64,000 nucleotides of DNA from Longimicrobiales bacterium (GTDB taxonomy: Bacteria > Gemmatimonadota > Gemmatimonadetes > Longimicrobiales > Gaopeijiaceae): assembly GCA_041690395.1 (NCBI GenBank), contig JAWLHJ010000002.1, forward strand, positions 96,001 to 160,000. The letters are read 5' to 3'. A program made the position numbers and the translations under genes. The notes under the pieces are model-generated. The model ran no database searches and was not told the DNA's origin. It worked only from the letters and a program-made list of their open reading frames with translations. This document shows positions 1-9,345 of the stretch, piece by piece; positions within the stretch are counted from its first letter, which is position 1, and every line of letters starts with the position of its first letter.

Positions 1-1
1 C

Positions 2-367
2 TTCACGAGCTCGGGTGGGCTCGAGATCCGGGTCGGGCGCGGGGCGCGCCACAACGACGACCTCACCTTCCGCCACTCGTCTCCCGGCGACGTGTGGCTC
101 CACGCGCGCCACACGGCGGGGGCGCACGTCATCCTGCGTTGGAACGGGCCGGGGAATCCCCCGTCACGCGACCTGGCGGAGGCGGCCACGCTCGCGGCGC
201 TCCACTCGAAGGCCCGGACGTCGGGAAGCGTGCCCGTGGACTGGACCTTCCGGAAGTACGTGCGCAAGCCACGCGGCGCGGCGCGGGGCGCGGTCGTACC
301 CGACCGCGTGAGCACACTCTTCGTGCGTCCGGATCCCGCGGTCGAGCGGGCCCTCGCGCCCGATTGA
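2..367 (+). CDS. NFACT RNA-binding domain protein (Rqc2/FbpA family), 5'-truncated by the window edge
   Basis: The frame is open from nt 2 and reads IRVGRGARHNDDLTFRHSSPGDVWLHARHTAGAHV...VPVDWTFRKYVRKPRGA, which matches the NFACT-R (DUF814) motifs. Confidence 0.85.
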   Translation, partial: FTSSGGLEIRVGRGARHNDDLTFRHSSPGDVWLHARHTAGAHVILRWNGPGNPPSRDLAEAATLAALHSKARTSGSVPVDWTFRKYVRKPRGAARGAVVPDRVSTLFVRPDPAVERALAPD

Positions 368-413
368 ACACCGCCCGGGACGGGACGCCGTGAACCTCTG
401 AGGGAGTGGACCA

Positions 414-896
414 ATGGAATGGATGGAGATGTTCTTTCAGGGGTGGGAGGGGATCGTACGCACCGTCGTGGTCGGCTTCCTGGCGTACCTGGGCCTCGTG
501 TCGTTCCTCCTCATCTCGGGGAAGCGGACGTTGGCCAAGCTCAATGCCTTCGATCTGGTGGTCACGGTGGCCCTCGGGTCCATCCTCGCCTCGATCCTGA
601 TCCAGCGGAGCTTGCCGCTCGCCGAGGGAATGACCGCGCTGGCCCTTCTCATCGGGCTTCAGTACCTGGTCACGGCCACCTCGGTCCGGTGGGAGAGCTT
701 CGCGCGAGGTGTGCGTGCGTCCCCGGCGCTTCTGGTCCGCAAGGGGGAGTACTGCCGGGATACGATGCGCCGGGAGAGGGTCACCGAGGGGGAGGTTCTG
801 AGCGCCGTCCGGGCAAGCGGCGTGTCCGGCGTCGAGAACGCCGCCGCGGTGTTCCTGGAGAGTGATGGGACGATGAGTGTCATCCAGGACGGATGA
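414..896 (+). CDS. DUF421/YetF family membrane protein
   Basis: Three hydrophobic segments, the GKRTLAKLNAFDLVVTVALGS motif and a C-terminal LESDGTMSVI. Confidence 0.85.
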   Translation: MEWMEMFFQGWEGIVRTVVVGFLAYLGLVSFLLISGKRTLAKLNAFDLVVTVALGSILASILIQRSLPLAEGMTALALLIGLQYLVTATSVRWESFARGVRASPALLVRKGEYCRDTMRRERVTEGEVLSAVRASGVSGVENAAAVFLESDGTMSVIQDG

Positions 897-902
897 CGGG
901 TT

Positions 903-1679
903 CTAGCGATCCATCCCCGAACGCAGCGACGCCAGGAACGTACGAGCGCCCTCGATCCCGCCCTCGTCGAGCGCCTGGATCAGGGCGCTCCCCACGACCA
1001 CCCCGTCCGCCACACCGGCCACGGCCGCTGCCTGCTCGGGCGTCGAGATACCGAACCCGACGGCCACGGGAAGGCTCAGCGCACCCTTGAGTCGGGCCAC
1101 CTCCTCGCCGAGCGCCTCACGCAGATCCGACTTCGCCCCGGTCACGCCGGTGCGTGAGATGTAGTAGACGAAGCCCGAGCCTCCCTCGACGGCATCGGCC
1201 AAACGCGCGGGATCCGTCGTGGGCGCCACCAGGCGGATCAGGTCGAGCGGGCTCTCGACGAGCTTCCGCTCGACCTCCGAATCCGAACCGGCCGGCAGGT
1301 CGGTCACGAGCACGCCGTTGGCTCCGGCGGCCACGGCATCCTTCACGAACGCGTCGACCCCGTAGCGGAGGATCGGGTTCAGGTACGTGAAGAGCACGAC
1401 CGGCGTATCGTGGCGAGCGCGGAACGCGGCCAGGTCGGCCAGCACACGCTTGACCGTGGTCCCGTTCTTCAGGGACTCGAACGAGGCGCGCTGGATGGTC
1501 GGACCATCGGCGAGCGGGTCGGAGAACGGGATGCCGACCTCGAGCACGTCGGCCCCGGCGTCCACGAGCGCCTCGAGCACGGGAATCGTCGAATCGAGCT
1601 CGGGATAGCCGGCGGTGACGTAGGGAACGAGCGTGCACCGCTCTTCGGAGCGGCGCGCCGCGAATGTGGAGGATATCAC
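903..1679 (-). CDS. trpA: Tryptophan synthase alpha subunit
   Basis: PYVTAGYP, EVGIPFSDPLADGPTIQ, SRTGVTG, VGFGIS and VVVGSA motifs. The GTG start at 1679 overlaps the upstream TGA (GTGA). The longer N-terminus in the ORF track is spurious. Confidence 0.95.
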   Translation of the reverse strand: MISSTFAARRSEERCTLVPYVTAGYPELDSTIPVLEALVDAGADVLEVGIPFSDPLADGPTIQRASFESLKNGTTVKRVLADLAAFRARHDTPVVLFTYLNPILRYGVDAFVKDAVAAGANGVLVTDLPAGSDSEVERKLVESPLDLIRLVAPTTDPARLADAVEGGSGFVYYISRTGVTGAKSDLREALGEEVARLKGALSLPVAVGFGISTPEQAAAVAGVADGVVVGSALIQALDEGGIEGARTFLASLRSGMDR

Positions 1680-3106
1680 GCGAGGAGGTAGTCGCTGACC
1701 CGGATGCCGTACTTCTGGGGGTCGGTGGTCTTGATGATCTGACGCACGGGAGCACCCGTGACGGGATCGTCGTCGGAGAGGTCGAGCGTGACGGGCTCGG
1801 AGAGTGGGAGGCCGACCGGGTCGGAGATGACTCGGACCTTGGGCCGGTGGAGGAGCTCCAGGTCGGGATTCACCTGCGACACGACAGCTAGCTCGTGGGT
1901 GTCCAGGATGACGAGCGTCCCCACGGGGTACACGCCGGTCGCGGTGATGAGGACCTTGACCAGCAGGGTGTCGAAGCCGCGCTTCGGGTTGTCGCGCATC
2001 TCCTGGAGCACGGCGTCCGGGGGCCACGGCTCGTACTGGTAGCTCCGCACGGACGTGCCCGCGTCGAACGCGTCGGCCACCGAGACGATCCTCGAGAAGA
2101 TCGTGGGCTCGCGGGGCCGACGGCTCTCGGGGTAGCCGCTGAGATCGGTCTTCATGTGATGCTCGTACGCCATGAGCATCTGACGGTAGGGAACGTCCGC
2201 GAAGCCCTGCATCTGGAAGAGGATCAGGAGCCCTTCCGTGGGGTGCTCCATGAGCTCCCGCCACTCCTCCTCCGTCAGGCCGGTCGGCTTGTTGATGATG
2301 TCGACGTCGATACGCTGCTTGCCGACGTCGTGGAAGAGGGCGCCGAGACCGAGCTCATAGAGCTGGAGTCGGTCCAACCCGATCCGCTGACCGATGATGA
2401 CGCTGAAGATGCAGACGTTCACGGAGTGCGTGAACGTGTACTCGTCGAAGTCCCGGAGCGTCGTCATGGTGACCATGGACGACTCGTTGGAGAGGACCTG
2501 GTCGACAATCCCCTGCACCGCGCGCTTGACCTTGCGCACGTTCACGGCCTTGCCGAGCCGCATGTCTCCGAGCGCGTCCTTCGCGACCTTGACCGACTGG
2601 GCGTAGGTCCGCTTGGCGGCCGTGAGCGACTCGGCGTCGTCCTTTGGCTCCTCGACCTCCGAGAGCGGCCGGAGCTCGATATGCTCGACCGGCGTCGTGG
2701 CGAAGCGATCGCGGAACGTCTCGAACGGTTGGTCGCCCCCCGGTCCCCGGAGGAGCATCGAGATGAACGGCGCCCACTCCGACCGCTCGATCCCGGGCAG
2801 GATCTCCACCGCGCCGATCCCGTGATCGTGGAGCGCCCTCGCGAACGAGCCGAACGTGGAGAAGTTCGACAGGTCGAGGCGGAGCCGTGTCTCGTTCAGG
2901 AAGAAGAAGTCGCCGACCACGCGGACCTCGGCGCCTCCCTCGGCCTCGACGATCCGTTCCACGAGACCGTGGAGATCGGAGATCGCATGCTGGACGGTCT
3001 CGTTCTCCACGGGATAGAGGCGCAGAGCGTTGAGGGCTCCGTATAGCAGGGCGAGGAGCCTCCGTCCCTCTTCCTGGAGATTCAGCCCGCTTTCGTGAGC
3101 CATCAC
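1676..3106 (-). CDS. HD-GYP domain protein (putative cyclic-dinucleotide phosphodiesterase) with an uncharacterised N-terminal domain
   Basis: DEYTFTHSVNV, LFHDVGK, EHPTEG, EHHMKTDLSGYP and VADAFDA motifs, plus a GVYPVGTLV C-terminal extension. Confidence 0.9.
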   Translation of the reverse strand: MMAHESGLNLQEEGRRLLALLYGALNALRLYPVENETVQHAISDLHGLVERIVEAEGGAEVRVVGDFFFLNETRLRLDLSNFSTFGSFARALHDHGIGAVEILPGIERSEWAPFISMLLRGPGGDQPFETFRDRFATTPVEHIELRPLSEVEEPKDDAESLTAAKRTYAQSVKVAKDALGDMRLGKAVNVRKVKRAVQGIVDQVLSNESSMVTMTTLRDFDEYTFTHSVNVCIFSVIIGQRIGLDRLQLYELGLGALFHDVGKQRIDVDIINKPTGLTEEEWRELMEHPTEGLLILFQMQGFADVPYRQMLMAYEHHMKTDLSGYPESRRPREPTIFSRIVSVADAFDAGTSVRSYQYEPWPPDAVLQEMRDNPKRGFDTLLVKVLITATGVYPVGTLVILDTHELAVVSQVNPDLELLHRPKVRVISDPVGLPLSEPVTLDLSDDDPVTGAPVRQIIKTTDPQKYGIRVSDYLLA

Positions 3107-4845
3107 TCTTCCCTCCGGAAGGCCCGGTTGGCGTTGCTCCGAACCACCGGATCGTCGTCGTCGAGCGCCTTGCGGAGGGCCTCCTTCGCGGCGGGCGTGC
3201 TCATGCGGCCGAGGCCGAGCGCCGCGGCGGCACGCACCTCGGTCGGCTCGCGCTTTCCGAACAAGCTCTTCCCGTTCAGGAGGCCGTCGAGGCGCCGGAC
3301 GCCGTCCTCTCCGGCAACGGCTCCGTAGGCCTCGAAGACCGCGACCTTCTCACCGATGTCCGCGCTGCGGATACCCTTTCCCCCCACGATGTCCGCCAGG
3401 ACCCTCGCCGCTGGGCGGTACTTCAGCGTGCCGAGGGCCCGAGCGGCGGCGACACGCACATCACGATCCGGGTCGTCGAGGGTGTGCTCGAGTGCTCCGG
3501 CGACCGTCGAAGCCTTCAGGCTGATGGCCGCCTCGACCGCCGCCAGCCGCACCTCGGCCGTGGGGTGGGCCAGGAGGCCAGCAAGCGCCGGTGCGGCTTC
3601 GGTGATCTGCATGTCGCCGACGAGCCGCGCCGTACCCGCCGCGACCACCGGATCCTCCTCCTCGAGCAGCGTCAGGACAGCGGCCCGGTTCTTCCTGGCG
3701 ATGCCCTGGACGGCGGCACGCAACACCGAGCGAAGCTCCTTGTGCTCGACCGTCTCCGAAGCGTGCAGCAGAGCCGGGAGCGCGGCCCCCCTCAGATAGG
3801 TGAGGAAGCCGGCGAGTTGGGTGGGCGTCGCCCTGATGGTGCCGTCGTAGAGCGCCTTGATGAGCTCGTCGAGCGTGTCGCGGGCGCTCACGGCATCGAG
3901 CATGGCGCCCACCTGCGCATGTCCTCGCTCGTCGAGCACCCCGTCCTGGCGCTCGAGGGTCCGTAGCTCCTCGAGAACCCGGGTCGCGGGCACGATGGCT
4001 CCACGACTCAGGAAGTTCGGGAGGAGCGTGCTCAGGATCTGCAGGATCTCGATCTGCCGACTCCGGTCATGGCGCTCTTCCAGACGATCGAAGAGCGCCG
4101 ACAGGACGTCGCTGCGGGTGTCGCGGGCGAGCTCCTTCTTCACCTCGGCCCGGAGCTTCTCCATCTCGCGCGGGTCGAGCGCGTAGAGCGTCGGGTTGAA
4201 GTCGTCCTGCTTGACGGTCTGCGGTGGGGGGGGCTCGTCGCCCGCCTCGCCGGACTCCGCCTCGTCCGCTTCATCCGTCTCGTCCTCGGCTTCGAGGACC
4301 GCCTGCAGCTCCGCGGTGGAGTTGCCGGCGCCGGGCTCGGGAAGGGCGACGCCCTCCGCCATGAGATCGACGTACTGGTACTCGAAGAAGCGGAGGTCCG
4401 CCTCCCAGAGAACGGTCAGCAGGTCGTCGCCTTCGGGAACGAGCTTGCGGGCACGCTGGAGCACGCCCAGGAATCGCTCGAGCTCATCGCCTTCGACCCC
4501 GGAGAGAAAGGTGATCTCCCGGACCCCGTCCTTGAAGAAGAGGAAGGCGAGGGAGTCCGCGCGTGACTCCGAGCGGTAGACCTCCCGGCCGTCCAGGTAG
4601 AAGTGGTCCTCGTCTACAGTGACCACGATCCGATCCAACTCGGTCCACAGCTGCTGGAACTCCGTGCGGAGCCCTTCCAGGAAGCGACGACGAACCGGGT
4701 TGTTGTCGTCGTAGAGCTGATAGGCCCGGAACGCCTTCGCGAGCGTGACGAAGAGCTGGCGGACCTCGTCGACGGGAAGGGCGTCGTCCCAGAGGATGTC
4801 ACCCCCCTCCATGGAGTCGCCGGACGACCGCTCGAACTCGTTCAC
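3103..4845 (-). CDS. HEAT-repeat protein with an uncharacterised N-terminal domain and an acidic linker
   Basis: C-terminal repeats such as DPVVAAGTARLVG, AEVRLAAVEA, DPDRDVRVAAARALG, EVRAAAALGLG and DDDPVVRSNA. The start could alternatively be ATG 4812. Confidence 0.85.
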   Translation of the reverse strand: MNEFERSSGDSMEGGDILWDDALPVDEVRQLFVTLAKAFRAYQLYDDNNPVRRRFLEGLRTEFQQLWTELDRIVVTVDEDHFYLDGREVYRSESRADSLAFLFFKDGVREITFLSGVEGDELERFLGVLQRARKLVPEGDDLLTVLWEADLRFFEYQYVDLMAEGVALPEPGAGNSTAELQAVLEAEDETDEADEAESGEAGDEPPPPQTVKQDDFNPTLYALDPREMEKLRAEVKKELARDTRSDVLSALFDRLEERHDRSRQIEILQILSTLLPNFLSRGAIVPATRVLEELRTLERQDGVLDERGHAQVGAMLDAVSARDTLDELIKALYDGTIRATPTQLAGFLTYLRGAALPALLHASETVEHKELRSVLRAAVQGIARKNRAAVLTLLEEEDPVVAAGTARLVGDMQITEAAPALAGLLAHPTAEVRLAAVEAAISLKASTVAGALEHTLDDPDRDVRVAAARALGTLKYRPAARVLADIVGGKGIRSADIGEKVAVFEAYGAVAGEDGVRRLDGLLNGKSLFGKREPTEVRAAAALGLGRMSTPAAKEALRKALDDDDPVVRSNANRAFRREE

Positions 4846-4854
4846 GGGGCCGCG

Positions 4855-6030
4855 CTACAGGAGGGAGCCGCGGCCTTCGACCCGGGCCACGTGGGCGACG
4901 TCCTTGTCGCCCCGACCCGAGAGGGAAACGAGGATCGGACCCTCGTAGGAGCTTCCGTCACGCAATACGTGGGCGATCGCGTGGGCCGACTCGAGTGCGG
5001 GAATGATACCCTCGAGCTCGGAGAGCCGATGGAAAGCTGACAATGCCTGATCGTCGGTGACACTCGTGTAGGTCGCCCGTCCGGAATCCCTGAGAAACGA
5101 ATGCTCGGGTCCCACGCCTGGATAGTCCAGTCCCGCCGACACGGAGTGTGCCGGCGCCACCTGGCCGTCCGCGTCCTGGAGAAGATAGCTGAGTGAGCCG
5201 TGGAGAACACCCGGTACGCCCGCTGCGAGCGACGCGGAGTGCCGGCCGGTCTCGATGCCCTCTCCCGCCGCCTCGATTCCGACCAGCTCGACGCCGTCGT
5301 CGGGCACGAACGCATGGAAGATGCCCATCGCGTTGGACCCGCCGCCGACGCACGCCACGACCGCCTCGGGAAGCCGGCCGCACCGCTCCAGCATCTGGGC
5401 GCGAGCCTCCTGTCCGATGACGGCCTGGAAGTCCCGGACCATCCGGGGGAACGGGTCGGGCCCGACCACCGAGCCGATGATGTAATGCGTGTCCTCGACG
5501 TTCGTGACCCAGTCCCGGATCGCCTCGTTGGTGGCGTCCTTGAGCGTGCGGGTTCCCGAGCCGACCGGACGGACCTCCGCGCCCAGCAGCTCCATCCGGT
5601 AGACGTTGAGCGCCTGCCGCTCGACGTCTTCCTCGCCCATGTAGACCACACAGTCCATGTCGAAGAGCGCGCACGCCGTCGCGGTCGCGACGCCGTGCTG
5701 GCCCGCGCCCGTCTCGGCGATGATCCTACGCTTCCCCATCCGCCGCGCGAGCAGCGCCTGCCCCACGGTGTTGTTGATCTTGTGGGCGCCGGTGTGGTTC
5801 AGGTCCTCGCGCTTGAGGTAGACCTGATCGTGCCCGGCCGCCTCGCCCAGCCTGCGTGCGTGATAGAGCGGCGTGGGTCGCCCCACGAAGTCCCGCAGGA
5901 GGTCGTCGAGCTCCGCGCCGAAGGCCGGGTCGAGGCGCGCCTGCTCGTACGCCTCGGTCACCTCGTCGAGCGCCTTCGTCAGCGTCTCCGGAACGTATCG
6001 TCCACCGAATGCCCCGAATCGGGCCGTCAT
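4855..6030 (-). CDS. trpB: Tryptophan synthase beta subunit
   Basis: [26 protein letters not shown] (PLP lysine), [15 protein letters not shown] and SGRGDKD motifs. ATG start at 6030. Confidence 0.97.
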   Translation of the reverse strand: MTARFGAFGGRYVPETLTKALDEVTEAYEQARLDPAFGAELDDLLRDFVGRPTPLYHARRLGEAAGHDQVYLKREDLNHTGAHKINNTVGQALLARRMGKRRIIAETGAGQHGVATATACALFDMDCVVYMGEEDVERQALNVYRMELLGAEVRPVGSGTRTLKDATNEAIRDWVTNVEDTHYIIGSVVGPDPFPRMVRDFQAVIGQEARAQMLERCGRLPEAVVACVGGGSNAMGIFHAFVPDDGVELVGIEAAGEGIETGRHSASLAAGVPGVLHGSLSYLLQDADGQVAPAHSVSAGLDYPGVGPEHSFLRDSGRATYTSVTDDQALSAFHRLSELEGIIPALESAHAIAHVLRDGSSYEGPILVSLSGRGDKDVAHVARVEGRGSLL

Positions 6031-6082
6031 ATCTGTTTCCAGGATCGAGTCTCGTATGCCTTGCCGCCCGTGCCCCACGCGC

Positions 6083-6742
6083 TCACGGGCCCCCTCTCGC
6101 GGCGGCCACGAACCGCCGCATCCGCTCCGGGTCCTTCCTTCCGGGCGTCGTCTCCACGCCCGAAGAGACGTCGACGACGTCCGGGCCGAACGCCGCGACC
6201 GCCTCGGCGACGTTGTCGGGCGTGAGCCCGCCCGCGAGCACGAGCGCCGGACCGTCGGCCATCTCACGCCGTACATCCTCGGGACGGAGCTCCAGGCGTG
6301 CGCCCCCACCACCGGTCACCCCGGGCTTCCAACCTTCGAGGAGGAGCCCGTCGACGAGCGGGCCGTAATCTAGCACGGCTCGCGCCACGTCCTCGAGCGA
6401 CCTTGCGCGCACGGCCTTCCATACACGCCAATCTCCCGCATTCCGCAACGCCCCGACCGCTTCGGGCGACTCCGATCCGTGGAGCTGGATCACGGCGGCT
6501 TCGATGGAACGAGCCAGACGGGCCGCCCGGTCCACCGGCTCGTCGACCAGGACGGCCACCCGCTCGAGGCTCGTTCCGCGTATCACGTCCCGGACGCTCT
6601 CCTCGGGGACCGAGCGGCCGAAGCCGCGGCTGAGGATGAAGCCCAGGAGGTCCGCGCCGAGCCGTTCGGCGAGGCGTGCGTCGTCGTTGTGGGTGAGCCC
6701 GCAGATCTTGACCCTGAGCGGGGTCGGGGCATCAGGGGGCAA
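6083..6742 (-). CDS. trpF: Phosphoribosylanthranilate isomerase
   Basis: [24 protein letters not shown] and VDVSSGVE motifs. The start (TTG 6742) is approximate. Confidence 0.9.
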   Translation of the reverse strand: MPPDAPTPLRVKICGLTHNDDARLAERLGADLLGFILSRGFGRSVPEESVRDVIRGTSLERVAVLVDEPVDRAARLARSIEAAVIQLHGSESPEAVGALRNAGDWRVWKAVRARSLEDVARAVLDYGPLVDGLLLEGWKPGVTGGGGARLELRPEDVRREMADGPALVLAGGLTPDNVAEAVAAFGPDVVDVSSGVETTPGRKDPERMRRFVAAARGGP

Positions 6743-7559
6743 CGCGCGAGCTCCTCGGGACCGTCGCGAGGCTCCTCGCCGCGTCCTCCGGATCATCGGA
6801 CCGCAGCAGCGTCTCACCCACCAGCACCGCGTCGATCCCGTGCGCGCCCAGCCGCTCGACGTCCTCCGTACTCCGTATCCCGCTCTCGGAAACCAGGACG
6901 ACGTCGTCCGGCACGTCGGCCAGGAGCCGGAGCGTCGTCTCGAGGTCGGTCGTGAAGGTCGACAGGTCTCGATTGTTGATGCCGATGAGATCCGCGCCGA
7001 CCGCCACGGCGCGCTCGAGCTCGGCCGCGTCGTGGACCTCCACCAGAACGTCGAGCCCAAGCCCCGACGCCTCCGCGTGCAGCGAGGCGAGCGCGGCGTC
7101 CGAAAGGATGCGCACGATCAGCAGCACGGCGTCGGCGCCCGACGCGCGGGCCTCGAGCAGCTGGAGCGGGTCGACGGTGAAATCCTTGCGGAGCACCGGA
7201 AGGCCGACCCGCCCGCGGACGGCGCGAAGGTCGTCGAGCGAGCCCCCGAAGTAGACACGGTCGGTCAGCACGCTGAGCGCGCGGGCGCCGGCGCGCTCGT
7301 ATCCGAGTGTGAGCTCCACGGGGTCGAGCCCCGGGCGGATGTCCCCCGCCCCGGGTGAGCGCCGCTTGCATTCCGCGATGAGGGCCACATGCTCGGCACC
7401 TGCGAGCGCCTCACGGAAGCCTCGCGGCGGCGGCTCGTCTCCGAGCGCGGCTTCCAGCTGGCGGCGCTGTGCGCCGAGCGCCTCCACCTCCTGGAGCTTC
7501 GTCCGCACGATCTTCGCGAGAACGCCCGGCAGGGTCTCGGCGTCTTGCATATCCGGCAA
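6732..7559 (-). CDS. trpC: Indole-3-glycerol phosphate synthase
   Basis: IAECKRRSP, LSVLTD, LRKDF, GINNRDL and VSESGI motifs. Start is TTG 7559 or ATG 7550. Confidence 0.95.
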   Translation of the reverse strand: MPDMQDAETLPGVLAKIVRTKLQEVEALGAQRRQLEAALGDEPPPRGFREALAGAEHVALIAECKRRSPGAGDIRPGLDPVELTLGYERAGARALSVLTDRVYFGGSLDDLRAVRGRVGLPVLRKDFTVDPLQLLEARASGADAVLLIVRILSDAALASLHAEASGLGLDVLVEVHDAAELERAVAVGADLIGINNRDLSTFTTDLETTLRLLADVPDDVVLVSESGIRSTEDVERLGAHGIDAVLVGETLLRSDDPEDAARSLATVPRSSRVAP

Positions 7560-7573
7560 CGTTCGCCTATCCT
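7545..7573 (+). promoter_or_regulatory. Putative sigma70 promoter of lexA
   Basis: TTGCAT (7545-7550), a 17 nt spacer, then TATCCT (7568-7573). Confidence 0.6.
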
Positions 7574-7576
7574 TGC

Positions 7577-7592
7577 TTCGGTTCTTGTTCGG
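7577..7592 (+). promoter_or_regulatory. Candidate LexA operator (direct repeat TTCGG-N6-TTCGG)
   Basis: TTCGGTTCTTGTTCGG lies just downstream of the lexA -10. The 11 bp period resembles GTTC-N7-GTTC type LexA boxes, and a near-identical copy occurs at 58273-58287. Confidence 0.6.
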
Positions 7593-7618
7593 GTGTCCCG
7601 GTGCCCAGGGAGGGCTCC

Positions 7619-8227
7619 ATGCCGCTCACGAAGCGACAGAAGGAAATTCTCGACCACATCGGCGCGTTCATTGAGGAGCGCGGCTACGCGCCCAGCTTCG
7701 AAGAGATCGCGGAGCACTTCGGGTACTCGTCGTTGGCGACGGTCCACGAGCACCTGAGCAATCTGGAACGCAAGGGCTACATAAGGAAGTCCTACAACGA
7801 GAGTCGTTCCGTGGAGCTCGTGTCCCAGGAGTCGATGGCTCCCGCTATCGAGCTCCCGCTCCTCGGCGCGGTCGCCGCGGGCCTCCCCATCGAGGTCATG
7901 GAAGAGCGCGAGACGCTGGCGGTGCCACCCGACATGATCAGGCGCCGCAAGGACAATTACGTGCTGCGCGTCGAAGGGAACTCGATGATCGAGGAGCAGA
8001 TCCGCGACGGCGACTACATCGTCGTGCAGGCGCAGGAGAACGCCGAGGACGGGCAGATGGTCGTCGCGCTCGTGGGCGGCGACTCCGCCACGGTGAAGAA
8101 GCTCTACCGTGAGACGGGCAACCGCATCCGGCTGCAGCCCGCGAACCCCACCATGATGCCGATCGTGGTCGACGCGAGCGACGTGCGCATTCAGGGCGTC
8201 GTAGTCGGAGTCATCCGCAAGTACTGA
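7619..8227 (+). CDS. lexA: SOS transcriptional repressor LexA
   Basis: MPLTKRQKEIL...YAPSFEEIA winged HTH, the VAAGLP Ala-Gly cleavage site, GNSM catalytic Ser and TVKK catalytic Lys. SD GGAGG precedes ATG 7619. Confidence 0.97.
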   Translation: MPLTKRQKEILDHIGAFIEERGYAPSFEEIAEHFGYSSLATVHEHLSNLERKGYIRKSYNESRSVELVSQESMAPAIELPLLGAVAAGLPIEVMEERETLAVPPDMIRRRKDNYVLRVEGNSMIEEQIRDGDYIVVQAQENAEDGQMVVALVGGDSATVKKLYRETGNRIRLQPANPTMMPIVVDASDVRIQGVVVGVIRKY

Positions 8228-8265
8228 ACTGAGCGGTACCGAGTCGAACACCCGGGGGGCGTGGG

Positions 8266-9303
8266 TTACCGCGACGTGGCTTCCCTGAGCCGGGCGAGTG
8301 CGTCCGCGGCCCGTCCCTCGTCGATCGCCGCCTCGGCTGCCTTCACCGCCCCGCTCCAGTCCTGGGCGAGTCCGGCCACGAGGAGCGCCGCCGCCGCGTT
8401 GAGCACGACGGCGACACGCGCCGATCCCTCGACGCCGGACAGCACCGACTCGATGGCGCGGGCGTTGTCTTCCGGCTCTCCACCCTCGAGCCCCTCCGGC
8501 CCGGCCCTCCCGAGCCCCACCGACTCGGGCGTGACGTCGTACTCCCGCACGGAGCCGTCGCGCAACTCGGCGACGCGCGTGGTCCCCATGGGGCTGAGCT
8601 CGTCGACGCCCGGTTCCCCGTGCACCACCATCGCCGAGCGGTGCCCCAGCTCCCTCAACGCGCCGGCGACCAGCGGAAGCAGCCGGGGGTCGGAGACGCC
8701 GATCACCTGTCGGGCCGCACCGGCAGGGTTCGTGAGGGGGCCGAGCAGGTTCATCGCCGTGGTGATGCCGAGCGTCCGCCGGACCGGCCCGACGTGCTTC
8801 ATCGCCGGGTGCAGGAGCGGCGCGAACATGAAGACGATGCCCACCTCTTCCAGCACCTCGCCCATCCGCTCGGGCGTGAGGTCGATCCGGACACCGAGCG
8901 CCTCCAGCACGTCGGCACTCCCGCTGCGCGACGTGAACGACCGGTTCCCGTGCTTGGCGACGCGGGCGCCGGCGCCAGCAGCCACGAGCGCGGCGGCGGT
9001 CGAGATGTTGAAGGTCGTGAGCGAGCCGCCGCCGGTTCCCGCGGTGTCGATCAGCGTGGACGGATCGCTCGACGCCACGGGCACCATCGCCTTGCGAAGC
9101 GCGCGGACGCCGCCCGCAACCTCCGCCGCCGAGAGGCCCTTCGTCCGGAGGCCCATGAGGAAGGCGGCGATCTCGGCCTCGGTCGCCTCGCCGAGCATGA
9201 TCCGGTCGAAGGCGGCCTCGGCCTGCCCGGCAGTCAGGTCTACACCCTCGGCGACCTGCTCCAGGAGGGTCGGGAAGTGGACGGAGGGGGTGGCGTCGGG
9301 CAC
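8266..9303 (-). CDS. trpD: Anthranilate phosphoribosyltransferase
   Basis: DTAGTGG, FNISTA, AKHGNRSFTSRSGSADVLE, GPLTNP and GVDE motifs. Confidence 0.96.
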   Translation of the reverse strand: MPDATPSVHFPTLLEQVAEGVDLTAGQAEAAFDRIMLGEATEAEIAAFLMGLRTKGLSAAEVAGGVRALRKAMVPVASSDPSTLIDTAGTGGGSLTTFNISTAAALVAAGAGARVAKHGNRSFTSRSGSADVLEALGVRIDLTPERMGEVLEEVGIVFMFAPLLHPAMKHVGPVRRTLGITTAMNLLGPLTNPAGAARQVIGVSDPRLLPLVAGALRELGHRSAMVVHGEPGVDELSPMGTTRVAELRDGSVREYDVTPESVGLGRAGPEGLEGGEPEDNARAIESVLSGVEGSARVAVVLNAAAALLVAGLAQDWSGAVKAAEAAIDEGRAADALARLREATSR

Positions 9304-9345
9304 GCTGGGCGCTCCTCGGGTGTCATGAATGGCTCGAAGCCCGGA

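Noticed and set aside
1680..2264. Apparent long N-terminal extensions of TrpA (also TrpB, TrpF, RsmH, FtsI, MurC, PurS, PurQ and Tal) in the ORF track
   Set aside because: They are Arg/Pro-rich off-frame readings of the upstream genes; proper overlapping starts exist downstream, so these are not fusions.
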